Assembly (NCBI GenBank): GCA_964187785.1
Contig: OZ076413.1
Span: 43,216,001 to 43,280,000 of the forward strand
Source of the DNA: Amphiscolops sp. MND2022
Lineage: Eukaryota
Direction: 5' to 3'
DNA length: 64,000 bases
Shown here: one piece after another, positions 40,501 through 52,539 of the stretch
Numbering within the stretch: the stretch's first letter is position 1
How the letters are laid out: each line of letters begins with the position of its first letter
Notes under the pieces: generated by a model
The model's database searches: none
What the model saw: only the letters and a program-made list of their open reading frames with translations
Told to the model about the DNA's origin: nothing
Made by a program: the position numbers and the translations under genes

Positions 40501-43500
40501 AGTTGGGGTTCCAGGTACTGACCAAAGATATTCGCGCGAAAAAACTCCTTTAAGGAGGCGTTTTGAAAATACAGCAATGATACACCAAACAACAGCAAAG
40601 GTGTGATTAGCAACTTCTAATTGAGTTGTTTTTGTGTGTTTTTTGCTACTGTCCACCTTCGGCCTTCACTAGACTGCTCTTGACTTCGTCTTCTGTTCAA
40701 AATGGTGGAAATAGCGAAGAGAGCAAACACAAGCTCAAATCACGCCACTCTAAAATTGGGATCAGATTTTTTCAACAAATTTCTTCGTTCCAATATGTTT
40801 TTTCATCATCATGCTTGTATGTGCATCTGAGGGGAACGTTACAATCAGTAGTGAGCTAAGATATTTTGTAATTGTTTCTGTTCTCTCAAAAACTCACAGA
40901 TGTTATGAAAGTTGATATTGAATTAAAACCGTTCTGTAGAGATTGTTTTCATTGACTCCAGAATATTTTCAACAACGATAAAAAATCAACATCAACGTTT
41001 CATCAATTGTAAGTTTTCATACATGCACAACCAATTCATTGTGCTGAATATCATTGTTATTTTCCGCCCATATTTCATATGGGAAAGGAAAATATTTAAA
41101 TCAAACGGGTTTTTTTTTTACAAAATTTGCCAAGATTTTATTTATATTTAAATTTAAGGGTGTTACCCATAGAATTCAACCCACATAAATTTAGCTTCGT
41201 GCGATATGTATTTGTAGAGATTTTTGAAGTTTTTTTTAAAAAATGACGAAAATGACCCCTTAATGACAAAATGACCCCTTAATGACAAAAATTCCCAAAT
41301 TTCTCATTTTTAAACGTTTTTATGCAATTTTTGCCATTTTTTTGAGAGACACCGCGAATTAGAAAAATGGACAAGATGAATCGAAGCTTTCTTTTCTTCG
41401 AACTTCTCAGCGTTTTTATAGTGCATTAGTTATTCTTGAGCCTCATTTATGTAGTTGTAGAACAGTTCGGGGCGGAAAATATCCCGCTCCTCAGCGGGCG
41501 TCTTGTTAGAAAATGCAGTGCAAATTAATATCCGACAATTAAATATTTTTCATTTGAAAAACGACCAAGATTTTCAAGCGAAAGATGAACCCGGAGTCCG
41601 TTGTTACTCCTGGAAAACCTACTCTAGATCTTTATATTTCAAAATACAAAGATCTAGAGTAGGTTTTCCAGGAGTAACAATGCACTCCGGGTTCTTCTTT
41701 CGCTTGAAAATCTTGGTCGTTTTTCAAATGAAAATTATATAATTGTCGGATATTACGTAAAGGTAAAGTCAAAAAATGTCAAATTTTCAAATTTTAGGAG
41801 CTATCTGAACTACAAGTACAACAGAAGAGGAGATAACGTGGTTGTTGTAAAAGGTAAAAAAGGCTTCACGCCCAAAGACCCTATACAGTGTATTGTACAA
41901 GCTATACCCCTCGAAGTGTGGAAGCATTACCATCCCGAAGCGGGAAAAGGGGACGCGAAGTATTCGGGAAAAGATGGCAGTGCACCTGGGGATAACGAGA
42001 CTTGGATGTCAGAAAAAACTAGGGAACGCATGAACCAAATTGCCGATGACCCCGAACCGAAAAGTGAGGTGTACACGTTTTTGAATCAGTCTCACTTGTC
42101 CAAAAAGATGCAGTTCACAGAAAATGAAGTTAATATAAATCACATAAAATGTGATCTGTTTCTAATCTCCGGTTGCCATTTCAATCACTGTTACAACATA
42201 GACTTTTTGCAGCCGAAAAGTATATGGAACAAATGTAAAGTCAGCATAAATTAGTTGCTGATTATAAGCATTTATGAACTCAAAAAAACTTGAGTAAAAT
42301 AGAGTTGTGGAAATTGCTGAAAAATATTCTGAAATGAATTCACAAGACAAAGTATTAGTTTTTCCAACGTGTGTGCGGATATATTTTTCCAAAGCTAGTT
42401 TCAAAACAGTTCACTCATTTCCAAATACTTTTCACATGACACTCTACACTAAGCAAATGCAATTGTTCCATTAACAAGGGAATTGGAATTGGACCCAAAT
42501 AAAGTAGCTGAACATGTTTCACAAGTTTGCAATTCCCAGCACCGATACCCAGATATGCAGCTAGCTAGCACTTTAATTTCGTAGTACTTTTCCCATTTTC
42601 GTGGTTATTACTTGAAAAACGGTAATTTAAACCTCTTCTATCAACTATGAAACACACAAACAATCAACATACAAAAAAATAAAGACGCATCACTTGATCA
42701 AGTGAAACTTTTAACTTTTTCTCCTTTGCAGATTACAAAAAAGAAGAGAACGAAGATGAAGGAAAAATAGAAATCAAGAAGAGAGAAGGTATTAAGGGTG
42801 AAAACCATTCAGAGACAAATTATAGACACTATCCATACGATTTGGACGGAGAATGGAAAGAAAGTTCTAATGTTAATGACGCTGATACCGCAAATCAAGG
42901 CGATCGTTTCGATCAGAGCCCAAACGGGACACACGGAGGAGATGCCACGACACCAAATCGAAACTCTTCAATGAAATCAGTTTCTCTCTACGAGCTGATG
43001 GAGGCATTCCGGAGACTTCCGGTCAAAGACGTGATGCAAGTCTTACAAAACATACCCTGGCTGTTAATAGTGGAAGTCGAACACGATGAAATAAAAGCAG
43101 TAATGGTATCCGGTTCTCCGGCAGATCCGGCCTTAGTTGCCAGAGTCTTAGGAAAACCTATTGCCCAGGAGCTCAAATCGTCTGGAATAACAGTGGACAA
43201 CGTATCAACTGAGAGTGACGAAACAGCGAATTCTACCATGTATGCGGTGCACCGAACCGACAATGACGTAAACAGAGAACACGATGAAGTGAAAAGTGGA
43301 AGTAGCCAGGAAGATGCTGACGCAAGCAACCCTACAATTCAGCTGACGTCAGAGAAAGGACAGTTGACGTCGATTACTGAGGAAGAGTGGGAAGGAATGG
43401 GCAGAGAAGAAGAAGAAGGAGGGATAGGAGAAGAAAACGAGCCAGAGGCAATCAAGACCCATGAGAACGCCATCTATTCTCAAGACTCACAGCAATCAAG

Positions 43501-45698
43501 AACTTCTGGTTAGTTTATAAGTCCTGAACTTTTTATTGGGTCATAAGTTCGTTCAACTTTGAGTGTTCAGCTTCTTCTTTGAGATTGCAAGTCGAAATAT
43601 TCTTGAATTGTAAAGCCAGTAAATACAGGTAAGTATATTGTTATACAGTATACAGGATATTGTTGAAGCAAGGATTCGGCCGGAGATGTGTATGATATTG
43701 AGTTTTCATTGCATTGATACTGCCATTGATCTGGTAAAAATAATTGAAACTCATAAGTATAAATAGAGAAATAACTGAAACTCTGTTTATCGTTTCTGTA
43801 TTAAAGTAGAAACAAAAGAGTTAAAACACAACAAAATCACCTTGCTTAGCTCATAGGAAGGACCTCAATATGCTATGATGTTTTTACAGATATCTACTTT
43901 TTTTCTAAAACGACTGCCATATAAACTTTCTAGGCTTTACTATGCTCGGGAGTCTGTACAGATGTAAGTGAATTAAGTTTCTTGTTTGTTTCCAGATAAC
44001 TCTAACTTGACCTCCGCCGGGTACCGCTACAGTAAATACTCCAAAACAGAGAGGCTGAAACCGAGCGACAAAGCGTCTGACAGTACCAATTCAAGTGAAA
44101 GCAGTAGTACTAGCAGTAGTAGCACTAGTAGCAGCAGTGGCAGTGCCAGCAGCAGCAGTACTAGCTCCCGATCTGGCTCAACAATTGGAGTCGAATCGGA
44201 ATCAACCAGTGCTGGAAGCACTATCTCCACAAAAAGTTCATCTGGCTCCTCTTCCAGTAGTTCCGGAAGCTCTGGAAGCAGCAGCAAATCTAAAAAATCC
44301 TCAAAACGTTCAGCTGAAGCCCACAACAGTTCTGTGTATTCCGGAGAGGGTGAAACAAAAGCTACTTCAATCTCTGGTGGGCAGACCGAAGCCTCCAGTT
44401 ATCAAGATGAAACTACAAAGATCTCTGGAGAGGGCGGTGTGACAGAAAAGTCTTCAAGTTTTGTTAAATCGTCACAAAACGACAATGAATCTACCATGGT
44501 TAAAACAGGAACAGTAATGACTGACGTTTCAGGAAGTGAGCTCAAAGCTAGTTCAAATGACACCGATGAGAGATCACGTTAGCTGAGTTTTTTTCAACGA
44601 TTCAAATAAGGTTTTTAAAAGTTAAATTATGTTTGCACTGGCCAAAAACTTACCACGTGGTGTTTCTTGACGACTATCCATGAACAATATCCAGCGTTCA
44701 CATTGCCTATGAATAGTCAGCATGAAAAGTCATGTTATCGTCATGTTATCCTATATACTAGATGGAAGCTGGCAAAAACTGGTTTCACGTAGAGTAATAA
44801 GAACTGCAACTTGTACCTTAAGTTGGGTTTCATTTTTGACGAACTGCGAATTCACTTGATATATTTGGCAACAACTGGACTACATCTTGAGCTTAAAGTG
44901 TAGCCCGAGCAATAAATTGAATGGCCTTTTACATTTGCAGTGATTGCTGATTTCTGGGAATTTATCACTCTCTAACCTAGACTCGAAATTTTTTCATAGA
45001 CTGCCCAAGACACCGAATTAAGCAACCTTGCAGAAGTTGTCATTTCTCTGCATAATACTAAAAAAAGAACTATTTTGTTTGATCCCAAAGGTTTTGTTCC
45101 AGTATCCAAACGAAGCTCGACACCGGTATCTAAACGTGAGTACACATTTTGAAGCTGTTGTTTCTTAAGGTTTGAACTCAAATCGGAATTTCTGCAACGC
45201 CCTCCTCTTCACAACTGAACTCATCGAAAAACTGAAAAGACCAACAAGCAATTACATACCCGAAATTACACAAATGCCAGCTGAGTTGAAAAACAAAAAT
45301 CCCTGGCTCATAAAAGAGAAAACATTTCGGAAAACAACACATTACACGGTCTATTCGATCACAATTTAGCTCATTTCAAACTTCAAATAAGTTTCTGTAA
45401 CTTTCATGGTAATTTTTGCCTCTCAGGCAGCAAAAGAAGTAGTATCTCGACAATGCTGAGATCTCTGAGCAGCACGAGATCAAGCAAGAAGTCTTACTCA
45501 GAGACAAGTGCGTCTAACACGGGGGCCTCCAGCAAGAGTAAGTCCAAGAGGGCATCCGTGACTCAAGACACAGATGGGGAAGCTGCAAGAGAGCCTCATT
45601 ACGGACAAGGAGCGCCAGCGGGGGGAAACGCCGGACAAGAGGCACATCAGCCGGCACAACCTCAGAGAACGGCTGGTGGAACTGTAAACTTGCAATGA
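1588..45698 (+). CDS. Large multi-exon host gene encoding a mostly intrinsically disordered (S/K/R/E/D/Y-rich) protein of about 2,240 aa or more with short helical repeats; function unknown, start codon not identified
   Basis: Exons 1588-1873, 2603-2814, 3249-5966, 6294-6513, 31959-32126, 32404-32573, 32825-33038, 33560-34012, 34790-34992, 35455-35638, 41798-42063, 42732-43508, 43996-44577, 45427-45698 (TGA). All introns are GT..AG, donor and acceptor phases match at every junction, and the exons match ORF-track frames where ORFs are listed. Confidence 0.8.
6521..6970 (+). mobile_element. Non-autonomous interspersed repeat, Helentron/DINE-1-like family A (degenerate copy)
   Basis: Starts CAAGCCGGGAC and carries internal GGGACCCTTT and GTCGCACAATGCC units shared with the copies at 48349, 48901 and 54356-55451. 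Confidence 0.6.
7366..8398 (+). repeat. Gypsy 5' LTR
   Basis: Direct repeat of 30196-31229; begins TGTCATG and is followed by a TGG PBS-like sequence. Confidence 0.92.
8077..9600 (+). pseudogene. gag: Gypsy gag (frameshifted) with two CCHC zinc knuckles
   Basis: ORFs 8077-8484, 8527-9000 and 8966-9586. Motifs CRHCGIHGHKWVEC and CQSCGKVGHSARD, plus a capsid-like segment LLRDDAIEFW. Confidence 0.88.
9483..15179 (+). repeat. Internal tandem duplication, period 2,846 bp
   Basis: 9483-12328 is repeated at 12329-15174, with CAACC microhomology at 9483, 12329 and 15175. Confidence 0.95.
9600..12328 (+). pseudogene. pol: Gypsy pol copy 1 (aspartic protease, RT, RNase H; ends at the duplication junction)
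   Basis: LLDTGA protease motif, LDCSQAY/QG/YVDD RT motifs and CDAS RNase H motif, with several stops and frameshifts. Confidence 0.92.
12431..17259 (+). pseudogene. pol: Gypsy pol copy 2 (protease, RT, RNase H, integrase); tail resumes after the BEL insertion at 23415
   Basis: Same motifs as copy 1, plus integrase zinc-binding CQDC, core EIDLVG / ITDK / IEMSH and GPY-like WEGSY. Removing the BEL element restores ...VHKTF-DNFLVHDL. Confidence 0.92.
17260..23414 (-). mobile_element. BEL/Pao LTR retrotransposon nested in the Gypsy pol tail
   Basis: LTRs 17260-17805 and 22883-23414 (TGTT...AACA), TSD CGTTT (17255-17259, 23415-23419). Minus-strand PBS TGGTGACCTCGACGTGAT resembles the tRNA-Trp PBS, and GGCCGACGGGA is PPT-like. 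Confidence 0.95.
18139..22868 (-). pseudogene. BEL/Pao gag-pol with RT core deleted and several stops/frameshifts
   Basis: KLPKLTLPSFSGEY gag, three Cys/His clusters, LLDSGS protease, YYLPHH..TTKLRVVFDAS, FCDASEKAYG RNase H, LDFAGP / SDNATNF integrase and FWKRW C-terminal motif. Confidence 0.93.
24694..29160 (-). pseudogene. Spliced antisense accessory gene inside the Gypsy element; BED-finger/hAT-transposase-derived, decayed
   Basis: Minus-strand exons with canonical splice sites, e.g. ~29033-28802 (GTAAGT donor), 28552-28424, 27781-27178, 27014-26530 and 26394 onward. Motifs ARCPLCRTDLSIAGRSLSSLWEHWKG, LNYSRCQ|SLVLYGLYPYVVEQL and AEYWNDLALYF. Confidence 0.65.
30196..31229 (+). repeat. Gypsy LTR (downstream copy), flanked by GGTTT on both sides
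   Basis: Direct repeat of 7366-8398; ends TTCCGACA followed by GGTTT. Confidence 0.92.
32569..32826. mobile_element. TIR MITE coinciding with a host intron (Introner-like)
   Basis: Imperfect TIRs CTCTGGTTGAAAAACAATGC and GCATTTTTCTCAACCAGGG, internal TCTTGCAAGA motifs, AA on both flanks. Confidence 0.7.
36400..39470 (+). mobile_element. Decayed non-LTR retrotransposon (LINE, CR1/L2-like ORF2: APE endonuclease + RT); no ORF1 seen; boundaries approximate
   Basis: APE motifs NVRSI, LTETW, GDMNID, TLLDHV, TDH. RT motifs YRPISLL, QFGFR, DLKKAFDTVDH, GVPQGS, YADDT. Multiple stops. Confidence 0.92.
41526..41755. repeat. 230-bp imperfect palindrome (foldback/MITE-like)
   Basis: TAATATCCGACAATT...AATTGTCGGATATTA, with arms complementary up to a centre near 41640. 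Confidence 0.9.
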
Positions 45699-45839
45699 AA
45701 TGTAATATTTGTATTTATTATTCTATTTCATATTAAATTAGTTAGAGTAATTGATAAAAATTGTTCGATCATTGGAAAATTTAGAAAGTTTAGCTCGAGA
45801 ACGTAAAGGATGTAACAAACTGAACTGTAAAAAACTGAA

Positions 45840-46560
45840 CTTTTTCTTCGAAAACGCCGACTAAAAATCGTTCAGGTGAAAATTGACATCCTACAATGAA
45901 ATTTTAACATAAAAGTCGGGCACTTTTTCTGACAAAAAAACTGTGACGGTCATCGAGGGTTTTCTGTGCCAATCGGTGTGATTTGATGAAGTCACATCAA
46001 AAATCTCAACAGCTGACTTCATATTACTTTTCGATTATGTGTTGATATGTGCTCAATGAGATTTTATATCTCAAATAGTTAATATAGTCTCTCGCAATTT
46101 ATTGAACGAAACTATTTGGTTTTCTACAAGTTGTTCCATGAAAAACGAAATGACTAATAGTAAAAACTTGGAAAGCCTGAAATGGCAGCAAACCACATTC
46201 AATGTGGTTTGCTGCCATTTCAGGCTTTCCAAGTTTTTACTATTAGTCATTTCGTTTTTCATGGAACAACTTGTAGAAAACCAAATAGTTTCGTTCAATA
46301 AATTGCGAGAGACTATATTAACTATTTGAGATATAAAATCTCATTGAGCACATATCAACACATAATCGAAAAGTAATATGAAGTCAGTTGTTGAGATTTT
46401 TGATGTGACTTCATCAAATCACACCGATTGGCACAGAAAACCCTCGATGACCGTCACAGTTTTTTTGTCAGAAAAAGTGCCCGACTTTTATGTTAAAATT
46501 TCATTGTAGGATGTCAATTTTCACCTGAACGGTTTTTAGACGGCGTTTTCGAAGAAAAAG
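45840..46560. repeat. 721-bp near-perfect palindrome (360-bp arms, 1-nt spacer)
   Basis: Centre ACCACATT-C-AATGTGGT at 46200; about three mismatches seen by eye; produces the mirrored ORFs 46071-46298 (-) and 46102-46329 (+). Confidence 0.96.
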
Positions 46561-47473
46561 CACGACTCTTACAGTGGCTAGTTTTTTTCGTCAGTTCAAC
46601 GCGATCGGTCCACTTTCTTGTTCATTTCTTCAACTTCTTGGCCGAGAGGTTAACCCGAATTTTTTGGGGTCTGAGAAGCAGGAGAGCGTGGGTTCGAGTC
46701 TCGCACTAAACCACAAATTTTTCATGTTTCCAAAAGTAGAGGGGAGACCAAAGGGTACCCCCTAAGGCTGTGCAATTAACCGACCGAACTCGATTAACGA
46801 CCGAAGTTGTCAATAACCGAACCCGACCGACTTATTATATAACCGACTTCGGTTATTTCGTTCATCCAATCAGATTGAAGCTGGAAAGAAAAACTGGTTT
46901 ACTTGAAAAAAAGACAAGTATTTCATGTTTTAGGTGTAAAGGCCCTGTTTTTATTTGGACTACCAGCTACAGCAGTTCTTAGTCAACGACATTGGTCCGA
47001 TTCGGGCAACATGACCACGGAAAGAAACTTTCCGTGATTTTGTGTTTTGAGAAGTTGCAATATGTTGCAATTGTTCAAACATGAAGTTGAAAATTACTGT
47101 TTTGTTCACATTTTCTCATAAATAACCGACCGATAACCGACAAGCGACCGAGTTTTTAAACAAGCTACCGATAAGCGATCGAATTTAAAAAATGATAATT
47201 GCACCCCCCCTTGCGGTTTTTTCGGCACTTTGCGACATTTTCCGAAAACTTTTGAATTCTATCAAAGGGTACCCCCTTGAATTTTTTGAAGTTTTCGGTT
47301 TGTAAAAAACAATTGACAAGCCTAAAGGGTCTGTTTTTGGGTTTTTCAGCAACATGCGACTTTTTTTTACCAAATACTTTTTTTGAAAAAAAATTTTCAA
47401 GTTTTTCCAATTGTTGTTCCTTGAATATGTTTGAGCCTTAGATATGAAGCCGACTTGGGCCGTTCCCGGCTGC
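46534..47473 (-). mobile_element. Family A Helentron/DINE-like repeat interrupted by a MITE
   Basis: Ends match family A in reverse orientation (TTTTTAGACGGCG... and GAGCCTTAGATATGAAGCCGACTT). Confidence 0.6.
46764..47207. mobile_element. hAT-like MITE with many subterminal ACCGA motifs
   Basis: Inverted ends GTGCAATTA and TAATTGCAC, with clustered AACCGA/ACCGAC motifs near both ends; no clear 8-bp TSD. Confidence 0.55.
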
Positions 47474-48348
47474 TTACAATTTAGCAAGCTTAAAATCTAA
47501 AGAAGCCTAAATCAGGCCGAGCTGCTATTCCTTATGAGTTGGCACTCTTTTACAAAATTACCAGCGACGAAAATCTTTTGGAGTTGTTTTTCGGGACTGT
47601 TCGAATGTTTTTAGGAATGTTGTTTTCCATAGTTGCGGTTGCTTGAACTTTTTACATGCTGCATGGAAACATGCAGGCTAATTTGTTTTAGAAAAAATGG
47701 AAAATTCATGGAGCATGTTGATATTTTTTTAAAACTTCTAAGCAGTTTGTTAAATGCTTGAAGCACATCAATGCACTTTGAAAAACTTTCCAAGCAGTTT
47801 ACAGAATTTCTTTTGAAAATTATGAAGGAAGAAAATGGTGGCTCCGATCACTCTTAAACCAACAAATCACTTGAAAAACTTATTCAAACACTTTCTCTTC
47901 ATCTTGAAACCTTTTGTACTTCATCAAAAAATCAATCTAATGGAAAAACCAAGTCAATCATGACAAAAGGTGACAGGTAAACAATAAAGACAGCGTTCAT
48001 ATTTTTTGTCAGAAGCATTCAAATTATTTGTCGCATACGAAGTTGCTCAGGTCCAAAACTAATTCGTAGCTTCAGAAATCCGCAAGACTGAAAATCCAAA
48101 AATTCAGCTAGAACTGCCGCCACGTCTGAAGCACTCATACTGCAAGGACGACGAGACCGGAAACTTACCACGGTTGGAAAGTCTTTGACAGACATTCAAT
48201 ACTTTGAGACAACATTCAATTCTTGAGACAAAACAAGACAAACATCAAGGTTTTCGAACAGTTCAAACGCGTCGGTTCAGGACAAGATGTCAAACTTGTC
48301 CTCGCTTTGGGAATCGGAAAAATGAAAAAATGGTTTCGGTAACAGCAA

Positions 48349-48780
48349 CAAGACGAGAACGTCTAAAGTCGGCGCCATATCTAAATTCTTTCAAAAGAAA
48401 TCGCATAGTGCCGAAAAATGTAAAAGGAGGACCCTTCTGGATTTATCAACAAACATTCCGTTGCAAAATATCAAAAAACTCAAAGGGGGGACCCTTTGGG
48501 GACATTAAAAAATTTTCGAAAAAAAGTCGCACAGTGCCGAAAAAAATCCAAAGGGAGGACCCTTTGGGCACGTCCGGTTTTGTATGTTTCCTTGAAAAAG
48601 TAAAAAAATGAAAGGGGGACCCTTTGGAGTAAAGTTTGCCTTGGGCGGACTTGCCTCAGGTGCTCTGCGCATGATTGTAAAAAGTGGACCGATCAGTGTG
48701 AGGATTGTAGTCTGAAGAAAAAAAAAGGTCACTGCTATAGTCGGGCATTTTTCCTTAAAAGGAAATCGCGCCGACTAAAA
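48349..48780 (+). mobile_element. Family A Helentron/DINE-like repeat
   Basis: 5' AGTCGGCGC is inverted to 3' GCGCCGACT; 3' stem-loop AGTCGG...CCGACT followed by an A-run; internal GGACCCTTT units. Confidence 0.65.
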
Positions 48781-48900
48781 ACATGTTTAAATGTTTCAGG
48801 AAAAAGCTTTGTGTGACATTTTGCCTGGAAGTTTCCAGAAACAACTTTCGCAAAAACCTTTTTTAGGATCTTCTTCCCCTTTCACGGGAATAATGTCTAA

Positions 48901-49440
48901 CAAGACGGGATCGTCTCAAGTCGGCGCCATATCTAAGGCTCAAAAATATCCAAAGAACAACTATTGGAAACATTTGGAAAAATTATTTTTTTCAAAAAAA
49001 TTTTTTGAAATTTTTTTTTCGAAAAAAAGTATTTTTTTAGAAAGTCGCACAATGCCGAAAAACTCAAAAAGAGGCCATTCAGGCTCAATAAACGTTTTTA
49101 CAAACCAAAAACTTCAAAAAAATGCAAGGGGTTACCCTTTGATAGAATCCGAAAATTTTCGAAAAAAAAGTCGCATAGTGCCGAAAAAAACCCAAAGGGG
49201 GGACCCTTTGGTCTCACCTGCTGTACTTTTGGAAGCATAAAAATATTACGGTTTAGTGCGAGAATCGAACCCCCGCTCTCCGGCTTCAGAAATTTAGTCG
49301 AAGAAGATGAACAACAGAACAGATGAACAAATTGTAAAAAGTGGACCATTCAGAGTGAGATTGTAGGCTGAAAAAGAAAAAAAACTACCCGCTGTAATAG
49401 TCGGGCTTTTTTCCTTAAGGGAAAAGGCGCCGACTAAAAA
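48901..49440 (+). mobile_element. Family A Helentron/DINE-like repeat
   Basis: Same terminal structure as 48349-48780. Confidence 0.65.
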
Positions 49441-49548
49441 TCGATTGGTACCTAAAAAGAGGAATAACGTTTAAAAATTGGTCAGAAATTCTAAGAAACC
49501 ATTGAACAATCATCAAAATATGTCTCTATCGGCCTTTAAGTATAAACA

Positions 49549-51435
49549 TTTTTTGAGGCTTCGAGCGAGCGAAGCGAAGCGACGAAGTCTCTATTGTTCC
49601 GCGTTTACTAGCGTTTTGGTTTTTTTTTCGCGTGACATACCCTCTGCATTTGTATTAATTGAAGGCTATTTTCTCAGAGCCTATTTTTCCGCGACCATCC
49701 AAACTTTCCAAAAAGAAACGCAACTTGATGCTCTTTCTAACCGTGTAAAAACTTTCCGAAAATTTTCCACCGGCGCGATTTTATTAGCTTCGAAAGCGCG
49801 AAATTTTCGAAAATTTTTAGGGTTTTTGTCGATTTTGCTATTTTTCTTTTCGCAAACCACAGCGAATTGGCCCGATGTAGGTACTAACCGACGTAAAACG
49901 ATGTTTTCTTTAATTTGGTGAAAGTTTTTTTATCCTAGAATTATTGGGCTTTGCGAAAATGACCATTAAAAATAGGAAAAATTTTCGGTTTTTTTGCGTA
50001 AAAAATTTCTCAACCTATTTTCAAGTAGCAGTCAGTTCTAATCCAAGCAGTGGTGTTTCTACTCGATAAAAGGTCTGCTTAGCTGCCCAAAGTTAGAAAT
50101 TGGAAAGTCACAACGTTTACGTCGGACAGATAGAGACAAAAAAGTTTTCAAATTTTTTGAATTTTTGATGAATTGCTCTCAATTTTGTAAAAGTTTTGGC
50201 CTATTTTCTCGGAGCCTAATGCTTCGAGACCATCCAAAAACTCAACAAATTGATGGAACTGAATTTGTTGGTGAAGATTTAAATGTCGTTGGATTTTCGG
50301 GCAGTTCATTGTATATTATACAAATTGTGCTTTACTACGAATCTTGAAATAAATGAATATTTGATCCTTCAATTTTAAAATATACATTTTCCAAACTAAT
50401 CTTAGGAAGGAGTGAAATAGACGAAGTTACCGGATCGGTCTTGTAAAAATGCATAGATTGCGGTCTGATTACCCCTAGTAACCCTCCTACTGTCTTATTT
50501 GCACGGCTGTTGTTAAAAATGCTGAATTCATCCTTGGAAGGTTTTCATTTATTTATACTGCTAGTAGAAAATGTAAAAATGCTCGAAGACCTATCGGCAA
50601 TGTACATTGAATCATATACTCCATAATTGCTCATTGATTTGCTTTGTCTCATGCCTGTAAAATTTTCGGTGAATAGATTTTTTGTCCATTTTTGATGTCG
50701 GAAACCAAAGTTTTTTTCAGACCTCTCGATGTATGGGTTTTCGAGAGTGAGATCATATTGGACCACTGGAGTACATACTCACCGTTAGTTATTAATGATG
50801 TGGTTGTTTGAAGCGTAAAACCGCGAAATTTCCGTTCTTAACGTATTCTATCCAGTGAATATCTGCACAGAAGGTATTATGCATTACCGCAATATTCCTG
50901 AGAGATTTGATGTCATATGCAACGATTAAATCAAGACAACACTAAGTTATATTCACACCTCGCTGTGCAATGATATTCAACTACGTTGTATTGAAAACAA
51001 AAATGATTTCGGATCTTTTCGTGATTTTGCCCCATTCGCAAATTTTAACAGGTTATTCATCCTCTGGAATACGTTTCCAACGGTGCCCACTGATGCTGGA
51101 AGGTTGTTTGATGCACAATTCAGCTAATTTTTAGAACTGAAAGTATACTTGCTAGTGATGGCACATATCAACCGTCCTATTGATAACTACTAGGGCAGCC
51201 CTTCCTTTTATATAGTGGTAAAGGCCGAAAAAGTTAAGCTTCATAGGATTAATACCCGCAATTCTTTTCAATTTCATTGTATTTTGAGCATTCTCGTGCC
51301 GTATATAACCTTAGCTATTCGTCGTAGCTAATAACTTGGTAATATGGTTCAAATGCACATGATGATGGTCAATTATGGCTGCGGGACCTGTCGCTCGAAG
51401 CCGTGCGCAAATTCCTTTGCGCCTATGTTTTTCTT
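49549..51435 (+). mobile_element. Non-autonomous Helentron (HINE/DINE-1-like), family B
   Basis: 12-bp subterminal inverted repeats GGCTTCGAGCGA (49557-49568) and TCGCTCGAAGCC (51391-51402), then hairpin GCGCAAA-TTCC-TTTGCGC (51405-51422), with T-runs on both sides. Confidence 0.75.
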
Positions 51436-52539
51436 TTTGTCTTAGAAAATAGAAACAAGAAGAATATGAGAATTTCAGCAAGTTTGAGGTTTTTCCTGAA
51501 GTTCAAATTTGTCAAATAAATCGATGCTTTTCATCATCCAAGTGTTCAAAAACTTTTCGCATAGAATTTGAAATCGAAATGCTCACAAAAGCCTGTAATA
51601 ACTTTTTCTCCCTGGGTTTCAGATTGTTACAAAATTCGTTACTCAAAACAATGAAATTTCAACCTCCAAAACCGCTGATTCCAACTATCCCTTCTCAAAG
51701 TTCACTGAAAAAATTTATCACGTATAAAACTTCATTATGATAACGTTTTCGTTCATCCAAACCCGAAACGTGATGAATATTGCGTTTTTCAATAGTTTGC
51801 GAGCAACACATCAATCCATTTATACGAATTTGTTAGCCACACTGGCACTCGTTGACTATTTGTTTAAGCCATATTTTAGCGTCTGTGCTTACGAAATTTG
51901 AGGTTCCAAAAAAACTGTCTTGTCTCTCTGATTTTTGGCAATTTGAGTCAGTAAAGTATCCTGTTTGGCTCTAAAAGTTTTGCCTTCGAGTTTTTGGGCC
52001 AGCGCGACATCTTTCTGATAGTTTTTTTGGATTTTGATATTTTGTGTCAAGAAACAAACTTTCAAGTCCAAAGGGTTTTTCCGGAATTGCATTTTCATAA
52101 AATATCCTTTTTGCAAAATTGAACAACTTTGCTTTTTTTGAGGCTTCAGCGAGACATCGACTCCTTTTTTTCCGCAAAAGAGTCAAAATATCATCAGATC
52201 CTATCGTTAGTAAGACTGTAGTTCAAGCAAAGGGCCATTTAGAACTCAAGTTTCGAAATTCGCCTTATTTGACAAATGATTCATAACCAAGTTTGATCTA
52301 CCATCCCAGATTGTCGGCCACAGCTTCTTTGAGTTATCATCCACGATAATGGCTTTTTGGACCATGATGGAATTTTGGAATGATTATACCTGATATCATT
52401 GATATTGCATTAATGGTTGTTTTAATGTTTCACTTCTTCAAAAGTATTCTGGTTCTGAATTAATTCATTTCATTAATCCATTGCCCTTTTTGTTTCTCTA
52501 GTTTCAGTGCTAGCAAGAAAAGTAGCATCAAGTGAGGAA

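Noticed and set aside
46071..46329. Two near-identical 75-aa ORFs on opposite strands
   Set aside because: A by-product of the palindrome; no coding signal.
48349..49440. Recurring GGGACCCTTT units as a possible CRISPR array
   Set aside because: Irregular spacing, degenerate repeats, related spacers, no cas genes and a eukaryotic context.
50400..51350. Possible Rep/helicase remnant inside the family B element
   Set aside because: No recognisable motifs could be read by eye.
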